A DNA stretch of 64,000 bases from Blepharisma stoltei ATCC 30299 (Eukaryota; Protista; Ciliophora). Shown here piece after piece: positions 38,889 to 48,521 of the stretch (position 1 is its first letter; every line of letters begins with the position of its first letter). The DNA is taken from the NCBI GenBank assembly GCA_965603825.1, contig CBFDEM010000031.1, positions 1 to 64,000 on the forward strand, read 5' to 3'. A model generated the notes under the pieces. It worked only from the letters and a program-made list of their open reading frames with translations, had not been told where the DNA came from and ran no database searches. Position numbers and translations under genes: made by a program.

Positions 38889-39389
38889 ATGGCTGCAACT
38901 TCGACGTTCCTATCAAGACACATTGTTTCTTTTGGCTTTACTATAGGATTTGCAGCTGGATTTCCACTCACTTGGTTTCTTCCTGAAAAATTCTATCAAA
39001 AAATCCTTCCTTATTTCACTGTCAGATTTATTGAAGCCAAAATAACTTATGAACCTCCTAAGAAAAAAGCCAAAGCGCCTGATGATGTTTTAGATACAAA
39101 CTTAGACGAAATTTTAGATAGACTGGAATACGTAGACGAGCATGATGAAGAATGGGACAATTATGTCGAGCTTCAAGAAAAAGTCGTCCAAATGATATCA
39201 GATAAAGATGAGAAATGGATTCTATTAAAGCAGAAAAAGTCTAGTGGCCACGAAGGGTCAACGAAGTATGACGATTATGAAGCTTTTAAGAGGATTCAGC
39301 AAAAAATGAAGGAAGATGAAGTCAAGCGGAGGAGAGAAAGAGCCTCAAAAAGAAACACAGATGAAAAGCCTATAGAAAATAAAAAATAA
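38889..39389 (+). CDS. Hypothetical single-TM protein (166 aa)
   Basis: Intact ORF with an N-terminal hydrophobic helix and a charged C-terminus. Confidence 0.75.
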   Translation: MAATSTFLSRHIVSFGFTIGFAAGFPLTWFLPEKFYQKILPYFTVRFIEAKITYEPPKKKAKAPDDVLDTNLDEILDRLEYVDEHDEEWDNYVELQEKVVQMISDKDEKWILLKQKKSSGHEGSTKYDDYEAFKRIQQKMKEDEVKRRRERASKRNTDEKPIENKK

Positions 39390-39391
39390 TT

Positions 39392-39488
39392 AAATGTTCC
39401 TTCAATACAGCTATTGTGCATCAAAGATTGATTTCTGCACGCTCTATCTCCTCTGGCTACAAAGCCACAGGTTCGAACTGGCGCAGTC
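39392..39488 (-). ncRNA. Candidate box H/ACA snoRNA
   Basis: Hairpin with a bilateral pocket, H box AAAUCA (39429-34), a second hairpin, then ACA (39395-97) plus 3 nt. The pocket top lies 15 nt from the H box. Confidence 0.6.
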
Positions 39489-39548
39489 ATATTTAATTAT
39501 AATCCATATAAACCAAAATCTACCTCATACAAATATCATTTATTTAAA

Positions 39549-40139
39549 TTAAATTTCTGGGCATTTGGGGCAATCCGCATAAATTTTTCCTTCCTTCGCT
39601 GCTTCTTCAACACACTCTGAGTGAAAAAAGGACCCACACTTATCACAATAGCTATATTGCTTATCGGGGTTGAATATTTGGTTGCATATACAGACCTTCA
39701 TTCAGTCTTTTATAGGAGGTTCGAGCTGCCGAGTCTTTGTATTCCATTTGGCTCTGGAAAAGAAAATGTTTTCTTCTCAATAGTCTTCTTGATAATAAGT
39801 TTGGAATTCTAATACTAATACTTTGCCTTCAATGGACTCTATATCGATAGTTTGGACTAAATTTGAATCAAATAGCTCAGCTTCGCTGAAAATTTCTGTG
39901 TTTTCGAATAGATCTTTGGGTTTGAAATAGGCACGGATTTCAGCCTTGGGCTTGCCTCGACGTTGGTGCCATCAGATTCGTTCTATTGTGCCGTAAGAAT
40001 ATTCGTTTTCATTAACAAGTATTTGGACAGTGTCCCCAACACAAAATTCAGTGTCTTTGATCCTGACTTTTTGATATTCTTTTTTAGGCTCTCCTGAGGA
40101 TTTTTTAGCTAAATTCTTGCGTTGTACTTGATCATTCAT
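39549..40139 (-). CDS. BAH-PHD chromatin reader (EBS/SHL-like architecture, 196 aa)
   Basis: Absent from the ORF track because of 3 TGAs. BAH: FCVGDTV...YGTIERIW...AELFDS...IESIEGKV.V. PHD: CICNQIFNPD..YSYCDKC...FHSEC...CPKC. Confidence 0.88.
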
Positions 40140-40280
40140 TTTTATAGCCCCATTTTAATTAAAATAATAATTAATTTGTTTACCCAGCATATGATTTCAT
40201 ACGATTTACAAAGCCAAAAAGTAATACATATGGCTGAAATAGCTTAAATTAAAATTTGGTGCAATTATAATAACAAAGAA

Positions 40281-40823
40281 ATGGCAGAAGCTAAAAGGAT
40301 GCCTTTTTGGGTAATTTTTGGAGTTTATCCAGTCCTCTTGGCCTTTATTCTTTGGCTTTATCAACAAGTTTATTTTTTGCCTGTCCAAATTCCTCCCAAA
40401 TTCTTAAGCTCAAAGTCTACTCTTGAATTAGCTATAAAATGCTCAGCAATTAGCACAATCCCAATATTTTACTTAATAATCATAGTAATGCTCTGCAGAA
40501 TTTTAACAGCTGCAGGTAATGTATTAAAGGAATATCAAGGAATCTGGTTTAAAGTCCATTCTATGTGTCTTCAAAATACATTAGAGCAGAACTTTTTATT
40601 TGCCGTCAATCTGATAGCTATAGGGGCATTTGAAGGTCTTGCCCCAGAAAAAATTGTCCTTGTGACAGGAATTTATATAGTTTCTAGAGTCTTGTTTTAC
40701 CTTGGATATATAGCTGCTGGGTATACTGGGATTCCTGCATTTAGGTCAGTCTGGATGATGCTGACTTTTGTTAACAACGGATTTTTGTTGTGGATCAACG
40801 TGAAAACCATTTTCAAACTCTAG
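40281..40823 (+). CDS. MAPEG-family membrane protein
   Basis: Multiple TM helices with QNTLEQ and SRVLFYLGY motifs. Confidence 0.75.
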   Translation: MAEAKRMPFWVIFGVYPVLLAFILWLYQQVYFLPVQIPPKFLSSKSTLELAIKCSAISTIPIFYLIIIVMLCRILTAAGNVLKEYQGIWFKVHSMCLQNTLEQNFLFAVNLIAIGAFEGLAPEKIVLVTGIYIVSRVLFYLGYIAAGYTGIPAFRSVWMMLTFVNNGFLLWINVKTIFKL

Positions 40824-41038
40824 GCAATAATAATTAAGACATCATAAGCCTAAATTCCTTAATAAATTCATTATTAATTGAGTAAAATCTTATTGACTAT
40901 TTATAGAAAGTCTTATTTGAATAGATCACCCTGTAAAAAATTAGGCTTCTTTATTAATAAGTCTTATATTGAAGAATATCTTAAAATGCTTTTAAATAAA
41001 GGGGGATCTTAAAATGACAATTAAGAAAATATATAAGG

Positions 41039-41265
41039 ATGGATATGTGGCTGATTTACCTTTTTAAAGTATAGGGGAACCCCTATGGACCATGGAGCCC
41101 TGAAGAAGATAAAGCTCTAAAGTCTGCAGTGGAGTTTTATGGAGAAAAGAATTGAAAGGCTATGGCTAATGAGATAGGGCAAAAGTCTCGAAAACAGTAC
41201 CGTTACAGATATATGATGTTGAAGACAGGGTTTATAAAAGGAGCATGGCAGCCTCATAAGATATA
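41039..41265 (+). pseudogene. Truncated Myb copy (R1 only)
   Basis: WSPEEDKALKSAVEFYGEKNW...KGAWQPHKI*, with a disrupted 5' end and the same upstream motif as the intact copies. Confidence 0.85.
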
Positions 41266-41645
41266 ATTATCCAGTCTGTTTTTAATGCAGAATTACGCAC
41301 TGTTTTATATTTAAAATTACTAATAGCTCTCCAGTAGTATAATTAAATATGCCGCCTCAGCTTGCTTTTCATGCAGAGATTTTATATCATCGCTGTACTT
41401 TTTTAGGCATAAGGTATTATAGTCTTATTTTAATAGGAATTCAATTAATTTTAATTAAATTTAATAAGTTAATTATGCAAAAGCATATCTTATTGATAGA
41501 AATTCTTTATTAAATAATATTTCTGCACCTCCAAATAATTATTTTCTTCAAGACTTGTTATACAAATAAGATTTCTATTGAAGAATACCGTAAAATATTA
41601 AATAAAAGGGGGGTCTAAAATAGTAATTAAAGAAAATATATAAGG

Positions 41646-42290
41646 ATGGATAAGGCATCTGATATACCTGTATTTAAACAAGGGAAATGGAGCCCTGAAG
41701 AAGATAAAGCTCTAAAAGATGCAGTGGAGTTTTATGAAGAAAAGAATTGGAAGGCTATAGCTAAAGAGCTAGGACAAAGGAGTCCGCTACAGTGCTTTAA
41801 CAGGTGGTCTCTTATATTGAAGCTAAATCTAATAAAAGGACCCTGACAGCCTCACGAAGATAAAACGCTCAGAGAATGAGTTAAGGAGAATGGCCCACAT
41901 GGCTGACCAAAATGTTCTAGGCAAATTCCAGGGCGTAATAGCAAGCAATGCCGCAGGCGATATCTTAAAATGCTGAATTCAGACCTTTTCAGAAGCAAGT
42001 GGACTCCAGAAGAAGACTCAATTCTTTTTATAATGCACAAAAAATACGGCTCCAAATGGTCATTAATTGCTAAATCTCTGCCAAATCGAACTGTTCTTTC
42101 TATTAAAAGCCATTTCTATGAGATAAAAAAGAAACTACAGAAAAAATTTCCAGAGTTAATTGTCAATGGGAAATTTAAAATCGATTCTATTGTTCCTTAT
42201 GTACGTTACTCAAATACGCATAAACCTGAAGAAAATGCATTAAGTGAAGCAAAATATCAGGGAACTGAATGGTTTCGAGACGAAAAGTAA
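41646..42290 (+). CDS. 3R-Myb (R1R2R3) transcription factor, copy 1 (214 aa)
   Basis: Three Myb repeats; TGA falls at conserved Trp positions. Confidence 0.92.
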
Positions 42291-42483
42291 TATAAGTTGC
42301 ATTAATTTTAATTAATTTATACTAAGCATTTCAATTCATGGGCTATTGATAGAAATCTTAACTAATAATATTTGTACATATTCCAAATAATAAGTTCCTA
42401 TCAAACCTTTATTCAATTGAAATCCTATTAAATAAAAGGGGGATCTTAAAATGACATGTCAAGAAAATATATAAGGATAGCAT

Positions 42484-43137
42484 ATGGCGACTGATACACC
42501 TATATTTAGACAAGGAAAATGGAGCCCTGAAGAAGATAAAGCTCTAAAAACTGCAGTAGAGTATTATGGAGAAGAAAATTGAAACGTTATAGCTAATGAG
42601 GTAGAACAAAGAAACGCGAAACAGTGCCGTGACAGATATATGACATTGAAGGCAGGGCCAAAAAAAGGACCATGGCAGCCTCATGAAACTGCAAAACTTT
42701 TAGAATGGGTTAAGTATGAAGGCCCAACTGAGTGGCAAAGCTGCGCTTTGCAAATTCCTGGTCGCAGTGCCAGACAATGCTTCGATCGATGACGGAAAAC
42801 ACTGAAACCAGGCATGAGCCAACGTGTCTGGACTTCTGAAGAAAACTATATCCTTTTTGAAATGCACAAAAGGTACGGTCCACAATGATCTTTAATTGCC
42901 AAATCTCTCAAAGAACGAACAGCTGGTTCTGTTAGAAAGCACTTTTTCAAAATAACAAAGACACTGGAGAATTATTACACAGCTCCCAAAAGGAAACTTT
43001 CTAAAGAATCTATTGTGCCTAAAACACCTCATCCGAAGAAGTATAATAAAAACAATTTTATTTCCAAAGAAAATACATCAACTGAAGAAGACAAAGCAAA
43101 AAGTAAGGTTACTGAATGATTTAAGGCTTTTGTCTAA
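42484..43137 (+). CDS. 3R-Myb transcription factor, copy 2 (217 aa)
   Basis: Intact frame with TGA=Trp and three Myb repeats. Not in the ORF track. Confidence 0.9.
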
Positions 43138-43308
43138 TGAGCAAGGAATAATAATACGTTTATCCTATTATAATAAGGATTAAATTGATTTTAATTAAAT
43201 TCATTTAACTTATTATTATTAATTAGAAGAATTGAATTTTAAACATGAATCTATGACTGCCAGGATAAAATTTTGAAAGATTTAGTCACAATTACAATAA
43301 ACTTGCAA

Positions 43309-43405
43309 CAGGAATTTATAAGTTTCTAGAGTCTTTTTAACTTTGGGCATATAGCTGCTGGGTATACTGGGATTCTTGTATTTAGGTCATTCTGGATGAT
43401 GTTAA
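43309..43405 (+). pseudogene. Duplicated 3' fragment of the MAPEG gene
   Basis: Closely matches ~40666-40765 (TTTCTAGAGTCTT...ATATAGCTGCTGGGTATACTGGGATTC...TTTAGGTCA.TCTGGATGATG). Confidence 0.9.
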
Positions 43406-43658
43406 TTATTAGCACGGATTTTTAGAGTGAAAACATTTGCAAGGAAATATAAGCCTAATTTATCTAATAAATTCATTACGGGCTGAGCATAGCATGCGTT
43501 ATTGATAGAAAGTCTTAATTGATTAATATTTCTAAACCTTCAAATAATTAGATTCTGCCAAGCCTTTTAATTCCAATAAGATTTAAATTGAAGATACCTT
43601 AAAATTCTATTAAATAGAAGGGGGATCTTAAAATTGCAATTAAAGAAAATACATAAGG

Positions 43659-44264
43659 ATGGATCAGGCAATTAGAATACCTGTATTTAAACAAGGGAAA
43701 TGGAGTCCTGAAGAAGATCAAGCTCTAAAGTCTGCAGTGGATTATTATGGAGCACAAAATTGAAAGGCAATAGCGGATGAGGTAGGTCAAAGGACTTCAC
43801 AACAGTGCTTTGACAGGTACAAGAGTTTGAAGCCAGGGCTAATAAAAGGACCATGGCAGCCATATGAAGATGTTACGCTTAGAGAATGGGTTAAGTATGA
43901 AGGCCCAACTGGTTGGTCAAGATGCTCTCTATGAATTCCTGGACGTAGTGGCAAGCAATGCCGCGAACGATGATCTACGATGTTGAACCCAGGCCTAATC
44001 AAGCGCAATTGGACTCGTGAAGAGGAATCCATCCTTTTTGAAATGTACAAAAAATACGGTAAGCAATGATCATTAATTGCCAAATCTCTTCCAGGCCGTT
44101 CAGTCGATTCTGTTAGAAAGCACATATGGGAAAATAAAAAGAAGCTGCAGAATCAGCCCCCAGAGCCAGATGAGGAGCTTTCCATAGATCCTGATGTGTC
44201 TGATTTACCTCTTAAAAAAATTTTTATTTCTAAAGAAAATGCATCAGAAAAGCAGGGATTTTAA
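43659..44264 (+). CDS. 3R-Myb transcription factor, copy 3 (201 aa)
   Basis: Intact frame with TGA=Trp. Contains IPGRSGKQCRERW and YGKQWSLIAKSLPGR. Confidence 0.92.
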
Positions 44265-44385
44265 GACTTCTAAACATTTATCTGATTAAATATAAGCAAT
44301 GCCTATTATCCTATTTTAGAGGAAATCTATTAATTTTCAATTAAATTCACTCTTTTAAAGCATATTAGAAAAATTAAATTTAAAT

Positions 44386-45597
44386 ATGAACCCCACCCCT
44401 CACCCAAAAATCCAAAAAATTCGTGACTACCAAGAGAAAAACCGCATTATTTTGATAGGTTTAGTCACAGTCACAATTATTTTAGTCACAGATCTTTTGT
44501 ATCTTGCGCCTAAGAAAGGGTCGATGTTTGGGACAAACTTTATGGCACCGTTAACTTTAGCTTGTGTAGTCATGACTGGGGCTATGACTATAAAATACAT
44601 AAACAGCGACTTAGAAGCCAATAAAGCAATAAATTCAATAAACTACGCACAAATTCACTATGAAAATAAAGAAATCATAGAAAATCAAGAGCAGGTTATT
44701 ATAAGTCATTCACAGGTCGTAGAGGAATGAATGAAAAAGAAAGGGATTGATATGAAAATCAGACAGTGGATTATGAATGTCAGACAATGGTACTCAAAAG
44801 AGCTGATTCCTTATATACTGAATTCTAATGTGGAAAATATCATGCAATTGAATAAATTATTAAAAGAATTCACCAAAAAATGCGAAAAACACTGGATTTA
44901 TGAAGGGTCTTTTGATGATATAAAAGGCTTTGAACTTACACATGACGAAAAAACTGTCTATAAAAGGGTCAGTATAAGGGATATTCAGGACTTGATAAAA
45001 GACCTGAAATTCAATTATACACTGGATTTAGAGCTTTCGAAAAAGGAGTCAGCAATCCCAGGTGACTCCAGCAAAGAAGAAGCTTTAAAAAGACTCCAGC
45101 TTGCTGACATAGTCCGCCAACGGCTACTTTTAGACAATTTTTTTGAAATTCCAACCTTTAACTGTCGGAATTTCGTAATTTCTCGGCTTTATACCTTGTC
45201 AAGCACTTTATCTCTAAAAGACTACCAAGCTTCCCCAGCAGTTTCTGACAACTCGTGGACCTCCCGCAAGCCAAGCGACCCTCAAATCCTTTCCCACCTT
45301 TTCTTCCGCCTCTTAAACAACCTTAACAACCCTACAGTTGACCCTAATTTTAATATGTTTTCTGAAATAGTGACTGAAGCTCCCCCTAGCTCAATGCACA
45401 TCTCCAAAGTCCTTTTTTACCAAACCTCACGAATCCCTACCTTTGAAATCTTATCAGGGAGTGAAATTTGAACCCCTCACAAAGACTCAGACAACCTTTT
45501 CAGCGCAATAGCACTTTTCTTATATCATGTACAGCAAAAAAATAATGGTTATTTCTATAGTATGGACTGTAGAGACTTCTTTAAGTTAATATATTAA
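44386..45597 (+). CDS. TMEM209-like nuclear envelope protein (403 aa)
   Basis: Two N-terminal TMs, joined via TGA at 44728 and 45469. W..RKPSDPQILSHLF and DNLFSAIALFL motifs resemble the TMEM209 C-terminal domain. Confidence 0.65.
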
Positions 45598-45621
45598 TTT
45601 CAAATTAAGAATAAAGGTTAT

Positions 45622-46548
45622 TTAAATTCCCCATCCAAGAAGTAAGCGGATTCCTTCTCCAAGGTTGTGGCCACATTCATAAGGGCTTTCGCACTTTCCA
45701 TTTCCAAGTGACAAGAAGTCGTTGTTAATAGTGGAAAAGCTCTGTAAATAGTTAGTGACTACTTGGTTAGTTCCGCTTTGAGTTCCAAGTCCTTTAAGAA
45801 TTGCAATTAAAGCTGTATAGTTGCAGTCAGCGTTCCAGCTGAAAATTTCATCTTCAATCTTAACGACCAAGTTAAGCATAGTATGGAGGACGAAAATGTC
45901 GCCACCTTCAAGCTTTTTGATATAGTTGGAAATTTGGGTGAACTGAGGTTCAAGTCCAGTGAAGTCAGCCACACATTTGGAGACTCCGTTCTTGGCAAGC
46001 CCAGCCAATAAGCCGTTGAAGAAGTCATAGTTAGGAGTTGGGTTGGCTCCAGCTGTAAGGGTCCAGCCTACCAAAAGTTGGATTGCGTTACCTAAGGATT
46101 GGCCACAGACTGCATAATCAGCACTGCAAGCGGTCAGGACTTTCATGTCAGCGTGGATTTCTGAGGAGTGCTTGAAATAGTTGGTCATTAAGATGGAAAG
46201 GCCAGTGCTTGGGTTCAAGATTTGGATAAGTTGCTTTTCTAAGGCTTCAAGGTTGCAGGCTGGTGCGATCTGGTGGAGGCTGCTGGCAAAGGCTTTGAGA
46301 TTTGTAATGAGGGTCTGGGTGTCTTCAAAGTTGAAATGAAGAATGCTTTGGAAGTTAGAAACGATTTCTTGGACCAAAGCAGATTCTGAGTTGAGTTGGG
46401 TTTGGCAGGTCCCTTCAATTTCTGGATTTGCTTGAAGACCTGAAAGTAATCCTTTAACAAAGTTTAGAGCGTCAGCTGGGGTTGGCTCTGAGTGTACAGC
46501 GGCAGATAGGCATGCAAGCCCGAGGAAAACAAAGAGCATTCGCTGCAT
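45622..46548 (-). CDS. Secreted helical protein with an internal duplication (308 aa)
   Basis: Signal peptide; two halves, each F..GLL.GL...C...C...NY...CG..LG..I.LL.GW. Confidence 0.85.
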   Translation of the reverse strand: MQRMLFVFLGLACLSAAVHSEPTPADALNFVKGLLSGLQANPEIEGTCQTQLNSESALVQEIVSNFQSILHFNFEDTQTLITNLKAFASSLHQIAPACNLEALEKQLIQILNPSTGLSILMTNYFKHSSEIHADMKVLTACSADYAVCGQSLGNAIQLLVGWTLTAGANPTPNYDFFNGLLAGLAKNGVSKCVADFTGLEPQFTQISNYIKKLEGGDIFVLHTMLNLVVKIEDEIFSWNADCNYTALIAILKGLGTQSGTNQVVTNYLQSFSTINNDFLSLGNGKCESPYECGHNLGEGIRLLLGWGI

Positions 46549-46878
46549 TATATAATTATTTCACCATAATTTTGGCATAAATTTAAGGACTTTTATAATG
46601 ATGAAAAAGAAAAGAGGAGAGAAAATGCGACTTAAGTGGATTAATTTTAGTTTAAATAGAGATATAACTAATCATTATGAAATAACTAAAAACCAACGGT
46701 TAAATATGTTGAGAAAGGATACAGATCATGTTTTTGCTGGCATTTTCTTAGCTGGCTCTATAAAAATCACGATATTTAACATAATATAGGCTTCTCCAAT
46801 TTCTTGTGGTATTAATGAAAACTCTCTTAAATAAACCAATTTAAGAATAATAAATCTGTTATTGACTTCATATACAAA

Positions 46879-48144
46879 TTAAGAAATTTCTAAATCTTCG
46901 TCACTATCCGCATCCCTCGAAATAATCATTCTTCCTGGGATGTGCAATTGCCTTGCATACTCAATTTTCGCCCTCTCGTACTCATCTCTTTTATCCTGAA
47001 AATGATAAAGCAAAATTTCATTATAAATCAAGTCCTTTGTGTCCCTCATCGTCAGCAGCTGCCTTTCAAACTCAAAGTCAAACAGCGAGACTGGCTCTCG
47101 GACTGGCTCATCTTCTGGGTAATGCAAAGCTACCAGATAAGGGTGGGACAAGGCTTCTTCTATAGTAATTCTTCGCGCTGGGTTGAAAACCAGCATTTTC
47201 TTCAGCAAATCCATCGCATTCGGATTTGCTGTCCTAAAAATGGTCTCAAAAGCACGTGCTGGCCTTCTCGCCATTCTCATCACCTTGTCTCTAGCCTTAG
47301 TCGTAGGAATGCACTGGATATCTTCGTCTGTCGGGGTACCGATAAGGTTAAAACTCAGCTCAAGCTGGTGATTTGCATCATTTCCAGGCAAGATCGGCTT
47401 TCTATGCAAAAGCTCTCCAAAAATGCACCCAACACTTCACATATCCAGCGCCGTCGTATATTTCTTGAACGTCAAAAGTAGCTCAGGAGCCCTATACCAC
47501 CTTGTTGCCACATAATCAGTCATCTGAGTCGAGTTTATTTTCAGTTCTTTTATATAAGGCCTTGCTAGTCCAAAATCACAAATTTTCAAGTCACAATTGG
47601 AATTTACCAATAAATTCCTAGGCTTTAAGTCTCTATGTATAATCCCTGCGCTGTGCATATACTTCATTCCTCTAAGAAGCTGATATAAAAAGAATTGGCA
47701 GTGGTCATCAGATAAATGCTGAGGAGATTTTATAATTGAGCTTAGATCTGTCTGCAGCAGCTCGTTTACGACATAAATTTCGTCAAAGTCTTCTCGGGAG
47801 ACAGGCAGCTGAATGGTGCGTATCCTCATTATGTTTTCGTGCTCTAACAAGCGGAGGATGATGAGTTCTCGTAAGGTTCGCTTGGCAAAGGTCGTGTGTT
47901 CAAAGGCTTTTTCGATTTTTTTTATTGCCACCATTTCGCCGGTATGGGTGTCTCGGGCTGAAACTACAACGCCGTAGGCACCACTGCCTAAAGTGTCGAG
48001 AATTTCGTAGCGGGAGTCAAGGGAGAAGGTGGCGCCTATTACTCTGGTGATGCGCTTGTTAATGGCACAGGGTCCTCCAAGCTGAGATACGGAGTATGGG
48101 CCACGTACCGTTTCTTTGGAGGCTTGCTTGGGTTTAAGTTCCAT
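46879..48144 (-). CDS. MAP kinase with TDY activation loop (421 aa)
   Basis: GSGAYG, HRDLKP, DFGLAR, MTDYVATRWYRAPE, and DM(TGA=W)SVGCIF. Confidence 0.96.
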
Positions 48145-48521
48145 ATTATAGGAAAACCATTCTTTGGAAAATTTAAAATGATGAGCTCAGATGGGAAGGA
48201 GAAAGAGAAAAGATAGGTAAAGGGGGGAGAGATGGAGGAATCGGGACTGCTGGAGGTTTTAGATATGAATAAATTCAAAAAAATCATTATTAGCAAGAAA
48301 TGCATATATATGATTAAAGATAATTGAAAAAGAGAGGTTTTGGTATATATTTAAAAAAGAAGCAAGCTAAAAGTTTGTGATTGTAATAAAGTAGAAAGCT
48401 ATTTTAGTAATAATAAAATGCATTTTCAATTAAACTAACAATGCCTTTTTTAAAAAAAATTATTATTAAGAACTAGATTGTATTTAAAAGCTAAAATTAG
48501 ATTATTACTACCAAGAAGGCT

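Noticed and set aside
39455-39490. tRNA suggested by GGTTCGAAC
   Set aside because: There is no cloverleaf, D arm or acceptor stem. The H/ACA model on the other strand fits better.
46942-47481. Antisense ORFs in the track (also 57736-58191, 49305-49721, 24917-25240)
   Set aside because: They are shadows of real genes on the opposite strand and have no protein-like features.
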